From an uncultured Phenylobacterium sp. (GTDB lineage: Bacteria > Pseudomonadota > Alphaproteobacteria > Caulobacterales > Caulobacteraceae), in contig CBHTUE010000002.1 in assembly GCA_966096115.1 (NCBI GenBank), forward strand, positions 9,162-73,161: DNA of 64,000 bases. The letters are read 5' to 3'. Numbering within the stretch: position 1 is the stretch's first letter; every line of letters begins with the position of its first letter. The position numbers and the translations under genes are program-made. Of this stretch, positions 31,731-40,616 are shown in pieces. Under the pieces are notes generated by a model that saw nothing but the letters and a program-made list of their open reading frames with translations, was not told the origin of the DNA and made no database searches.

Positions 31731-32995
31731 AGCAGCGACGCGAAGAAGATCACGCTGGCCACCGCCATGACGGCGGTCGCGCCCCAGCCCAGGATCGTCG
31801 CCCGCCGGCCGAGGGTCAGACGGCCCATGGCGCGGGGATTGCGCACGATCAGCATCATCGCCGCCATGGTCGGCGCGGCCAGCACGCCATTGACGACGGC
31901 CGCCCAGTAGAGTGCCCTGGCCGGATCGATCCCGATGTAGTTCAGCGAGGCCCCCGCCAGGGTCGTCACGGCGATGGTGGCGTAGAACAGGCGCGCGCGC
32001 GTGGGCTTGGCGTCCAGGCTGCCGGCCACCCCCACCATCTCGGTCACGGCATAGGCCGCCGAGCCGGCCAGCACCGGCACCGCCAGCATGCCTGTGCCGA
32101 TGATCCCCAGCGCGAACAGGGCGAAGGCGAACGGCCCGGCGATGGGCCGCAACGCTTCGGCCGCCTGCGCCGAGGTGTTGATGTCGGTGATGCCGTGGGC
32201 GTTCAGGGTCGCGGCGGTGGCGAACACGATGGCCAGCGAGATGACCGAGCTGAACGCCATGCCGACCAGCGTGTCGAGGCGAATGCGCTTCAGTTCCGGG
32301 CCGGCCTCCTTCGGGGTGATGCAAAGCGGCTTGGCGTGGTGGCGGTGCTGTTCCTCGATCTCCTGGCCGGCCTGCCAGAAGAACAGGTATGGGCTGATCG
32401 TGGTGCCCAGGATGGCCACGACGGCTGTGGCATAGGCAGCGTTGAACTGGATCTCGGGAACGACGAGGGCGGTCAGGGCGCGCACCCAGGGCACCCCGGC
32501 CACGGCCACCACGGCCACGTAGGAAAACAGCGACAGCGTCGTCCACTTCAGGACGGCGGCGTAGCGCGCGTAGTTGAGCGCCACCTCGATCACGACGCAG
32601 GCGATGCCGAACAGCAGCGTATAGAGCGCGCTGTTGCCGCCGGTCAGCAGCACCAGCGCCGCGCCCATGGCGCTGAGGTCCGCGCCCAGGTTGATGACAT
32701 TGGCCACCAGCAGCAGCAGCACGACCGTCCACAGCAGCGGGCGCGGATAGTGCCGGCGCAGGTTGCGGGCGATGCCGCCGCCGGTGACGCGGCCGATCTC
32801 CGCGGCCACCTCCTGGATCACCACCATCAGCGGGAAGCTGAAGACGAAGGTCCAGGCCAAGCCATAGCCGAACTGGGCTCCGACCTGACTGTGGGTGCCG
32901 ATGCCGCTGGGGTCGTCGTCGGCCGCGCCGGTCACCAGGCCGGGCCCCAGTTGGTCGAGGAAGGCGCCGAGCCGGCCGGGCGGAGTCTCGTCCAT
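31727..32995 (-). CDS. NRAMP family divalent metal cation transporter
   Basis: GAADDDPSGI, LGTTISPYLFFWQ, multiple TM helices. Confidence 0.9.
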   Translation of the reverse strand: MDETPPGRLGAFLDQLGPGLVTGAADDDPSGIGTHSQVGAQFGYGLAWTFVFSFPLMVVIQEVAAEIGRVTGGGIARNLRRHYPRPLLWTVVLLLLVANVINLGADLSAMGAALVLLTGGNSALYTLLFGIACVVIEVALNYARYAAVLKWTTLSLFSYVAVVAVAGVPWVRALTALVVPEIQFNAAYATAVVAILGTTISPYLFFWQAGQEIEEQHRHHAKPLCITPKEAGPELKRIRLDTLVGMAFSSVISLAIVFATAATLNAHGITDINTSAQAAEALRPIAGPFAFALFALGIIGTGMLAVPVLAGSAAYAVTEMVGVAGSLDAKPTRARLFYATIAVTTLAGASLNYIGIDPARALYWAAVVNGVLAAPTMAAMMLIVRNPRAMGRLTLGRRATILGWGATAVMAVASVIFFASLL

Positions 32996-33077
32996 GGCTC
33001 AGCTATATCTGGGCCGCCGGTCAGGGGCTTTGAGAAATCCCAAACCCGGCCGCGCACGACCGCCGGGCCGTGGCGCC

Positions 33078-33110
33078 AACGAAGAAGGGCCGGGCGTCGC
33101 CGCCCGGCCC
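33078..33110 (-). terminator. Rho-independent terminator of the PEP-CTERM gene
   Basis: 10-bp GC stem GGGCCGGGCG/CGCCCGGCCC with a 4-nt loop, followed by TTCTTCGTT on the minus strand. Confidence 0.65.
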
Positions 33111-33133
33111 CGCATTCGCGCGTGTCGCAGGTC

Positions 33134-34372
33134 TCAGCCCGCGGCCGTCGCCGGACGGCGGCGGCGCAGACGGGCGCCCAGCAGGCCGAAACCCATGATC
33201 ATCATCGACCAGGTGGCCGGCTCCGGGACGCCGGTGATGCCGTTGTAGATGTCCTTCGTGCTGCGGGCATACTTGCGGCTCAGCACGTCGAAATCGAGGT
33301 TCCAGCCCATCGCGTCGAAGGCCGCCAGGTCCATTCCGGTGACCGCCAGTTGCTCGCAGCGCCCGGCCGTCGGATCGAGTATCCCGATCGGCGTCTTGGT
33401 GGCGTTCGAGCAGAGGGCGCCGCCGGCGTAGGTGTTGTCCTTCCAGTGCGAGGCCTGACGGCCGTCGCCCTTGGCCTGTCCGGTGGAGAACAGGCCCGTC
33501 CGGCCGTTCAGCGAGAGCATCGTCGCGCCCTTGTCGAGCGAGAAGTACGGCGTGCCGCCGACCGACCAGTCGAGGGCCGGGCCGAAGCCCGGCGCCACGT
33601 CGTGCGGGTCAGACGAGTAGCGGTAGAGGTCCAGTACCGAGTTGACGACGAAGTTGTTCAGGTTCGTCAGGCTGGTGCTGTTGCCGATGGCATCATAGCT
33701 GTCCACGCCCGAGACGAAGCCCAGGGCATGGCCGATCTCGTGGATGGCGACGCCGAGAAAGTCGTAGCTGTTGTCGCCGATGCCGTCGGTCGGGTCGAAG
33801 TCGAACGCGAAGGCGCTCGAGAAGGTGATCGAGGCGTCGGCCGCGCCGTCGCCGCCCGGCAGGCCGGTGAAGCCCAGCGCCTTGGCGTTGGCGCGAGTGA
33901 TGGCGAGGCCGTAGTTGTTGGCGCTGTCGTCGCTGTCGTAGACGAACTTGGTAGTGTCGACGCCTTGCTTGGCCGGGTTCTTGTAGCCGTTGGTGATCAC
34001 GCTGAGGGCGCCGGCGCCGTCGAGAGTCGGCAGGTTGGCGACGGCCTGGTTGTCCAGGGCGGACTTGTGGGTGTTGATCTGCAACAGGGTCTCGACGTCC
34101 GACGTGAACACACCCACCCGCGGGCTGGACGTGGAGCCCAGGATCCCGGGGCCGAGCGCCGTGAAGCCGACGTTCAGATTTACGGTCACGTTGTTCTTCA
34201 GCACCGAGCCCCAGTAGTTGGCGGCCTTCGAGAAGCCGATATAGGCGTTGGAGCCGACATCGACGCCGCCGGTGTTGGTCAGGACGATGTTCGCCGCATT
34301 GGCCGACGATGCCCCGCCCAGCGTCACCGCAATGGCCGCCGCCGCCAGAAGGCGTGACTTGTGTTGTCGCAT
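33134..34372 (-). CDS. Secreted zinc metalloprotease with PEPxxWA-CTERM sorting signal (NF038122-like)
   Basis: Signal peptide, HEIGHALGF zincin motif, ASHW, C-terminal VPEPATWSMMIMGFGLLGARLRRRR. Confidence 0.9.
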   Translation of the reverse strand: MRQHKSRLLAAAAIAVTLGGASSANAANIVLTNTGGVDVGSNAYIGFSKAANYWGSVLKNNVTVNLNVGFTALGPGILGSTSSPRVGVFTSDVETLLQINTHKSALDNQAVANLPTLDGAGALSVITNGYKNPAKQGVDTTKFVYDSDDSANNYGLAITRANAKALGFTGLPGGDGAADASITFSSAFAFDFDPTDGIGDNSYDFLGVAIHEIGHALGFVSGVDSYDAIGNSTSLTNLNNFVVNSVLDLYRYSSDPHDVAPGFGPALDWSVGGTPYFSLDKGATMLSLNGRTGLFSTGQAKGDGRQASHWKDNTYAGGALCSNATKTPIGILDPTAGRCEQLAVTGMDLAAFDAMGWNLDFDVLSRKYARSTKDIYNGITGVPEPATWSMMIMGFGLLGARLRRRRPATAAG

Positions 34373-34620
34373 GTAAAGAAGCCCCCTCGCCGTTCCCAAC
34401 GGCGTCCCAAACGCCCGACGCCATGGTTAACGCCGATACGCCAACGCACACTGTGTGACCGTTTACTGTCAAGCTTACTCGCGCCGCAGGCGAGTGGCCG
34501 CCTGAGCCTGACCGGTCGTTCGGCGTCTGGCTTCATATCGGCCCTGAAATCGAGCCGTAACGCCGGTCTGTTCCAAGCGAGGCTGGGTGACTGCCCGCCT
34601 AGAAGACCCGTTGGAGCCGC

Positions 34621-36210
34621 ATGAGCCAATCGACGTCCCCTCGCCGCCGAGGCTTCCGCATCCCCCGCGCCGCCTGGATCACGCTGGTCGTCGTCGGCCT
34701 GATGATCGCGGCCGTCTTCGCCTGCCAGATGCGGCCGAAGCCGGTGAAGGACCCCTACCGGCTGGGCGCTGTCGAGACCGGCGACATCACCCGTTCGGTC
34801 TCGGCCTCCGGCACCTTGCAGGCCCTGATCACCGTGGACGTGGGCTCCCAGATCTCCGGCCAGGTGACCAAGGTGCTGGTCGACTTCAACGACGAGGTGA
34901 AGGCCGGCCAGACGCTGGCGATCATCGACCCGCAGACGTACCAGTCGCGCGTCGCCCAGAGCCAGGCCGACATCGCCGCCGGCGAAGCCGCCGTGCGCCA
35001 AGCCGAGGCGACCCAGGCCAACGCCATGGCCGACTACAATCGCAAGAAGACGCTGGTGGCCGGCGGCTGGAACAGCCCCAGCACGCTGGACCAGGCCACC
35101 GCCACCATGAAGGCCGGCCAGGCCGCCGTCGCCGCGGCCCGCGCGCGGGTGAACCAGAGCCGCGCCACCCTGCGCAGCCAACAGGTCGACCTGGGCCGCA
35201 CCACGATCTCCTCGCCCATCGACGGCGTGGTGGTCGACCGCAAGGTCGAGCCCGGCAACACGGTCGCCGCCAGCCTGCAGGCGCCGGTGCTGTTCACGAT
35301 CGCCCAGGACCTCAGCAAGGTGGAGGTGAAGATCGCTGTCGACGAGGCCGACGTGGGCCAGGTGCAGGAGGGCCAGACGGTGCGCTTCACCGTCGACGCG
35401 TTCCCGGACGACAACTTCGAGGGCATCGTCACCCAGGTCCGCAAGCAGCCGACCAACGAGCAGAACGTGGTGTCCTACACGGTGATCGCCGAGGCCGATA
35501 ACCCGCAGCGCAAGCTGCTGCCCGGCATGACGGCGAACGCCGACATCGTGATCGAGACCCGGCGCAATGTGGTGAAGGTGCCGGCCGCGGCCCTGCGCTG
35601 GACCCCTCCGTCCGAGAACGCCCAGCGGAGCGGCGCCGGCGTGGCGGTCGGCGGACCGCCCGGCTTCGGTGGCCCGCCCGGCGGCGGCGCTAACCGCAAC
35701 GGCGGCCAGCGCGGCGGCGGCATGAGCGGGCGCATCGTCCAGCAGCTGGACCTGGACGCCAAGCAGAAGGCGGCCTGGGACCCGATCGAGGCGGACCTGC
35801 GGCAGAAGTCGATGGCGGCCTTCGCCTCGGCCGGCGGCGACCGCAAGAAGGTCGGCGAGGCCATGCGGAAGAACATGGACGAGGCCTTCGCCAAGCTGGA
35901 CCCCCTCCTGCGCCCCGACCAGAGGGCCAAGCTGGCGACCCTGCGCGCCGCGATGGCCGCCGGGCGCGGCCGCACGGCCGGCATGCGCGGCGGCACGGTC
36001 TACATCCTCGGTAAGGACGGCAAGCCGGCCCCGGTCGCGGTGCGCGTCGGCGCGAGCGACGGCAGCTACACCGAGATCGTCAGCCGCGAGCTGAAGCCGG
36101 GCGCCCAGGTCATCACCGGCGGCGGCCCGCGGCCGAAGACCGTCCCCGGCGGCTTCGGTGGTCCGCCCGGCGGCGGTGGTGGCGGCGGCGGTGTCCGGGT
36201 GCGGATGTAG
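34621..36210 (+). CDS. Efflux periplasmic adaptor subunit (MacA/HlyD-like)
   Basis: N-terminal TM, VGSQISG, ISSPIDGVV lipoyl half-motifs, VDEADVG. Confidence 0.9.
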   Translation: MSQSTSPRRRGFRIPRAAWITLVVVGLMIAAVFACQMRPKPVKDPYRLGAVETGDITRSVSASGTLQALITVDVGSQISGQVTKVLVDFNDEVKAGQTLAIIDPQTYQSRVAQSQADIAAGEAAVRQAEATQANAMADYNRKKTLVAGGWNSPSTLDQATATMKAGQAAVAAARARVNQSRATLRSQQVDLGRTTISSPIDGVVVDRKVEPGNTVAASLQAPVLFTIAQDLSKVEVKIAVDEADVGQVQEGQTVRFTVDAFPDDNFEGIVTQVRKQPTNEQNVVSYTVIAEADNPQRKLLPGMTANADIVIETRRNVVKVPAAALRWTPPSENAQRSGAGVAVGGPPGFGGPPGGGANRNGGQRGGGMSGRIVQQLDLDAKQKAAWDPIEADLRQKSMAAFASAGGDRKKVGEAMRKNMDEAFAKLDPLLRPDQRAKLATLRAAMAAGRGRTAGMRGGTVYILGKDGKPAPVAVRVGASDGSYTEIVSRELKPGAQVITGGGPRPKTVPGGFGGPPGGGGGGGGVRVRM

Positions 36211-36221
36211 GCCGCCGATCC

Positions 36222-36908
36222 ATGATCGAGATCCGGGACCTGAAGAAGGTCTACATCATGGGCGAGGAGGAGGTGCCGGCCCTGGCCGGCGTCTCGCTCG
36301 GCATCGCGCGCGGCGAGTACGTCGCGGTGATCGGGCCCTCGGGCTCGGGCAAGTCGACGCTGATGAACATCCTGGCCGGGCTCGATCGGCCCACGTCCGG
36401 CCAGTACACGTTCGAGGGTGAGGATGTGGCCCATTTCTCGGACGATCAGCTGGCCGACTTCCGACGGCGCAGGATCGGCTTCGTGTTCCAGTCCTTTCAG
36501 CTGCTCCCACGGTTGACGGCGCTGCAGAACGTCGAGCTGCCGATGGTCTACGCCGGTCTGCCGCCGGCAGAGCGTCGCGCGCGGGCGGCGGAGCTGCTGG
36601 ACCGCGTCGGGCTCGGCGCCCGCAAGGGCCACCGGCCGACCCAGCTCTCGGGCGGGCAGCAGCAGCGGGTGGCCATCGCCCGCTCGCTGGCCAACCGCCC
36701 CGACTTGCTGCTGGCGGATGAGCCCACCGGGGCGCTGGACACCAAGACCAGCGAGGATGTGCTCAAGCTGTTCAGCGAGCTGAACCGCGAGGGCCTGACC
36801 CTGGCCATCGTCACCCACGACCCCGAAGTCGCCGTCGTGGCGCACCGGCGCATCACCTTCCGCGACGGCCTCGTCGTCTCCGACGAGCGCGGCGGAGCTC
36901 CCGCATGA
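36222..36908 (+). CDS. ABC transporter ATP-binding protein (MacB/LolD-like)
   Basis: [29 protein letters not shown]. Confidence 0.95.
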   Translation: MIEIRDLKKVYIMGEEEVPALAGVSLGIARGEYVAVIGPSGSGKSTLMNILAGLDRPTSGQYTFEGEDVAHFSDDQLADFRRRRIGFVFQSFQLLPRLTALQNVELPMVYAGLPPAERRARAAELLDRVGLGARKGHRPTQLSGGQQQRVAIARSLANRPDLLLADEPTGALDTKTSEDVLKLFSELNREGLTLAIVTHDPEVAVVAHRRITFRDGLVVSDERGGAPA

Positions 36909-38131
36909 GGTTCTACGAGCTCGTCCGCTTCGCCCTGGGCGCGATCGTCGCCCACCCCATGCGCAGCGTGCTGACCTCGCTGGGCGTGGTGATCGGGGTC
37001 GCGGCGGTGGTGATGATGACGTCCATCGGCCTGGGCGCGTCCAAGCGGGTGACCGACGCCATCTCCGGCCTCGGCTCGAACCTGATCATCGTGATGCCCA
37101 ACTTCCAGCGTGGACCGGTCGCCCAGGCGGCGGGCGGCGGCTTTTCGCTGCGCGACGACGACGCCGAAGCGATCAAGAAGCAGGTCGAGAACGTGGCCGC
37201 CGTCGCGCCCGCCGTGCGCGGCCAGGCCCAACTGGCCTCGGAAGGCGCCAATTGGAACACCCAGATCCAGGGCGTGACTCCGGATTACCTGATCGCCCGC
37301 GACCTGAAGGTGGTCCAGGGACGCATGTTCGACGAGCGCGAGGCGCGACAGGGCCGCAAGGTGCTGGTGGTGGGCCCGACGGTGGTGAGGGAGCTGTTCG
37401 GCGGCGCCGACCCGGTGGGGCGGCGGGTGCGGGTGCGCACGGTCCCGTTCGAGGTGATCGGGGTGCTGGAGAGCAAGGGCCAGGCCGGCTTCGGCCAGGA
37501 CCAGGACGACGTGGTGCTGGCCCCGCTCAGCGCCGTGCGGTCGCGGATCGTCGGGCGCCGCAGCCGCGGGGATTCCGTCCAGACCATCTATGTGAAGGCG
37601 ACCGACGAGGAGTCGCTGGACCGGGTGCAGGAGGACGTCACCAACCTGCTGCGCGACCAGCACAAGATCCGCCAGGGCGAGGACGACGACTTCCAGACCC
37701 AGAACATGGCGTCGATCCTGGCGGCCAGCCAGGCGGCCGTGGGCACCTTCACCGTGCTGCTGGCGGCGGTGGCGGGCGTATCGCTGGTGGTCGGCGGCGT
37801 CGGCATCATGAACATCATGCTGGTGGCCGTGACCGAACGGACGCGGGAGATCGGCCTGCGGATGGCCGTCGGCGCCAAGCGCAGCCACATCCTTATCCAG
37901 TTCGCCCTGGAATCGGTCGCGCTCAGTCTGGTTGGGGGGCTGATCGGGCTGGCGATCGGGGTGCTGGGTGCGTTTGCCATCGCCAAACTGGGCAATTGGC
38001 CGGCGGCGGTGCCGGCCTGGGCGGGGCCGCTCGCGCTGGGTTTCTCGGTGATGGTGGGCCTGATCTTCGGGGCCTACCCGTCCTGGCGCGCGGCCCGACT
38101 CGACCCGATCGAGGCCCTGCGGCGGGAATAA
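36905..38131 (+). CDS. ABC transporter permease (MacB/FtsX family)
   Basis: [48 protein letters not shown]. Confidence 0.95.
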   Translation: MRFYELVRFALGAIVAHPMRSVLTSLGVVIGVAAVVMMTSIGLGASKRVTDAISGLGSNLIIVMPNFQRGPVAQAAGGGFSLRDDDAEAIKKQVENVAAVAPAVRGQAQLASEGANWNTQIQGVTPDYLIARDLKVVQGRMFDEREARQGRKVLVVGPTVVRELFGGADPVGRRVRVRTVPFEVIGVLESKGQAGFGQDQDDVVLAPLSAVRSRIVGRRSRGDSVQTIYVKATDEESLDRVQEDVTNLLRDQHKIRQGEDDDFQTQNMASILAASQAAVGTFTVLLAAVAGVSLVVGGVGIMNIMLVAVTERTREIGLRMAVGAKRSHILIQFALESVALSLVGGLIGLAIGVLGAFAIAKLGNWPAAVPAWAGPLALGFSVMVGLIFGAYPSWRAARLDPIEALRRE

Positions 38132-38368
38132 GGACGTCCCGCGGCGCGAATAAGAACGCCGCCACAACGCAACCTTGGCCGGGTTCGCGGGTTAGCCAGA
38201 CCGCAGCCCCTGCGAAACGTCATGGTTGAGCCCGAAAACCGTCATCGCAACCTCACTGGTGGAACCCGGCGCGCCGCGCCTCTGGATTCCACGCGCCCGG
38301 CCTCTGGCGAAAGGCCAGGCGTGGACGTTTCGCAACTCCCCCGATCGCCGCCCGAGGAGTCCCCCCTT

Positions 38369-38581
38369 ATGCCCCCTCTCGACACCGACAAGCCCCGCGC
38401 CCGACGCGGCTTCGCGGCCATGAACCCCGAGCGCCGGCGCGAAATCGCGCGCAAAGGCGGGGCCAGCGTGCCCAGCGAGAAGCGCAGCTTCGCCAAGGAC
38501 CGCGACCTGGCCGCCCAGGCGGGCCGCAAGGGCGGCGAAGCCTCCCGCGGCGGCGGTCGCACCCGCGGCCGCGAAAGCTAG
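38369..38581 (+). CDS. KGG-repeat general stress protein (YciG/Con-10-like)
   Basis: SD GAGGAG; RGFAAMNPERRREIARKGG...AAQAGRKGG. Confidence 0.88.
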   Translation: MPPLDTDKPRARRGFAAMNPERRREIARKGGASVPSEKRSFAKDRDLAAQAGRKGGEASRGGGRTRGRES

Positions 38582-38645
38582 GATAGACTTGAGCCAAGAC
38601 AGGCGCGAACGCCTCTTCCCACCGCGGGGAAGGGGCGGCCGCCCT

Positions 38646-40556
38646 TCAGATCACCACATCGCCCACGTCGCGGATCCAGCGCGTCCTGCGGGTGGCTTCG
38701 AGTGAGCCCTGGGCGTCGAAGGCGCGGATGGCGCTGAAGTCGAGCCCGGTCTCCGACTCGATCGCAGCGACCGTGGTCTGGATCTGCCGCGAGCGCATCT
38801 CGTCCACCGTGTAGGGCTTCAGGCCCGAGAACACCTTCGCCTCGAACAGCGCCTGCACGTACTGGGTCTGGCCGACGATGAACGCCGCCGCCACGACCTG
38901 GGTGGCGGTCTTCTGCAGCACGGCGACCTTCCAGAACGACAGCGGCACCTGCCACGGCCCGCCGACCCTGTCGCGGCCGTACAGCGGATCGTCAGGCCGG
39001 TAGATCGGGCCGGTGAACACCGTCAGCCGCTTCTCGCTGCTCTGCGCCTTGTCGAGCAGGTAGTCCTCCAGGTTCCCCCAATCGATGTCGTTGTAGTGCT
39101 GCACCTGGGGCGCGGCGTTGGTGTAGTGGAAGGTGTCCTCCATGTTCGTCTGGGATTCCGCGACGTCGTCGCCCCAGCAGGGGTCCAGCAGCCGCACCTG
39201 GTGCCCCCGGCTGAACTGGACGGGATCGTGTCCCGCGGCGGCCTCGTAGAAGTTGCCCGCCGGCTGGAACTGGTCGTCGATGCGGGCGTCCCGCCGCCAG
39301 GTGTTCTTGCGCGTCCCCGGATGGATCAGTCGGGCTCCGTCGATGTTCACCGCCGTCAGCAGCGGGAACTTGCGATCGCCACGGATCACCGCCGAGTAGT
39401 GATGATACTTCAGGACATGGCCTGACCCATCCTTCAGCGGCGCCACCTCGCGCCGCGCGAGCGCCGGCGCGATGACCGCGTCGAGGTCGATCGGCGTGGT
39501 CAGGAAATCCGACTGATAGCCCGCGGCGCCCGCCCAGTGCTCGGCCGGCAGCGGCGGACGATCCGCCTCCCGCAGGCCCTCCCCGGTGTCGGCGCCCCGG
39601 CTCATGGGCGACAAGCCCAGCGACATCTCCAGGCGATCGAGGACCAGGCCGGCCTTGGGCGCGCTGAAGCGGTGACGTTCCAGGTGGCGGAAGATCGCGC
39701 TGGTCCGCACCCCTTCGTTGCCGATGAAGCCGGTGGGCGCCTCGACGCCCGGCGGCGCCGGCACCGCCTTGTGGTGCAGCGCCAGCACCTGCCACTGGTC
39801 GTTGAACACCGGCGAACCCGAGGACCCCGGCTCTGTGTCGGTCGAGTAGTGGATGAAGCTGTCCAGATCGACGCCGGGCACGGCCGCCGGGTCCAGCACC
39901 ACGATCTGGCTGGACTGGATGGCGATCTGCTTGGGCTCGCCGCCGGGGTGCTGGATGATTGAGACCCACTCGCCGTCCAGCGCCTTGCCGGACAGCGGCA
40001 GCAGCGGCAGGCGGCAGTAGCGGGTCAGCGGCACGCCCTCCTCCGACAGCGGCGTGACCGCCACGAAGGTGAAATCCAGCTCGGAGTCGCTGTAGAAGAT
40101 CTCGTGCGGGGCCAGGTTGAACCGGACGGCCGCCTGCAGCACCCCGTCCAGGTCGTGTTCGTAGCCGAACTCGGCTTCCGCCTGGCTGGCCTCGTCGGCG
40201 CTGGCGAGGACGTGGTGGTTGGTCAGCAGCAGCCGCGGCCCCACCAGGAAGCCGGTGCCGTACCAGGCGCCCCCGTCCGCCGGCGCCTTGATCCGGCAGA
40301 CCGAGGCGGCGGCGCGGCGGCCCCGGTCCAGGAAGTTGATCGACAGCAGGTCGCTCTGGCCGATGACCCGCTCGAAGCCGCTGGGGTCGCTGGCCCTGGG
40401 CTCCAGCAGCGCCGTGCGCATCGCCAGGCGCTGGGGGTCCGCCAGCGCGGGGGTGCGGCGACGGTGCAGCGCCGCCGCGAGCGCCTCCGCCAACGCCGGG
40501 GAGGTCGTCGTCGCCACGTCCTTGCGCGGCGCGTCCCGCTCTGCACCCAAGCCCAT
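38646..40556 (-). CDS. Trypsin-like serine protease fused to a DNA/RNA non-specific (EndoG/NucA-type) endonuclease
   Basis: SD GGAGGT before ATG 40556; protease triad LTNHHV / DFTFV / GSSGSP; nuclease SRGH, NAAPQ...YN...W..LE; no signal peptide seen. Confidence 0.88.
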   Translation of the reverse strand: MGLGAERDAPRKDVATTTSPALAEALAAALHRRRTPALADPQRLAMRTALLEPRASDPSGFERVIGQSDLLSINFLDRGRRAAASVCRIKAPADGGAWYGTGFLVGPRLLLTNHHVLASADEASQAEAEFGYEHDLDGVLQAAVRFNLAPHEIFYSDSELDFTFVAVTPLSEEGVPLTRYCRLPLLPLSGKALDGEWVSIIQHPGGEPKQIAIQSSQIVVLDPAAVPGVDLDSFIHYSTDTEPGSSGSPVFNDQWQVLALHHKAVPAPPGVEAPTGFIGNEGVRTSAIFRHLERHRFSAPKAGLVLDRLEMSLGLSPMSRGADTGEGLREADRPPLPAEHWAGAAGYQSDFLTTPIDLDAVIAPALARREVAPLKDGSGHVLKYHHYSAVIRGDRKFPLLTAVNIDGARLIHPGTRKNTWRRDARIDDQFQPAGNFYEAAAGHDPVQFSRGHQVRLLDPCWGDDVAESQTNMEDTFHYTNAAPQVQHYNDIDWGNLEDYLLDKAQSSEKRLTVFTGPIYRPDDPLYGRDRVGGPWQVPLSFWKVAVLQKTATQVVAAAFIVGQTQYVQALFEAKVFSGLKPYTVDEMRSRQIQTTVAAIESETGLDFSAIRAFDAQGSLEATRRTRWIRDVGDVVI

Positions 40557-40616
40557 TGCGACCTCCGGTTTCGGTGACACCGGAAGCCTAGCCTTAAGTT
40601 GCGGCGAGGAGTTAGC

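Noticed and set aside
30363-34357. Long ORFs 30363..32732 (-) and 32195..34357 (+)
   Set aside because: Off-frame or antisense shadows of the histidine kinase, NRAMP and PEP-CTERM genes, with no coherent domain content
34373-34620. sigma54 promoter expected for PEP-CTERM genes
   Set aside because: The best candidate TGGCGTATCGGCGTT lacks the GC at the -12 position (GG-N10-GC not satisfied)
38285-38340. c-di-GMP-I (GEMM) riboswitch suggested by the GAAA hairpin followed by GGACG
   Set aside because: Lacks the GCAAAC element before P2 and the GCAAAGC after it
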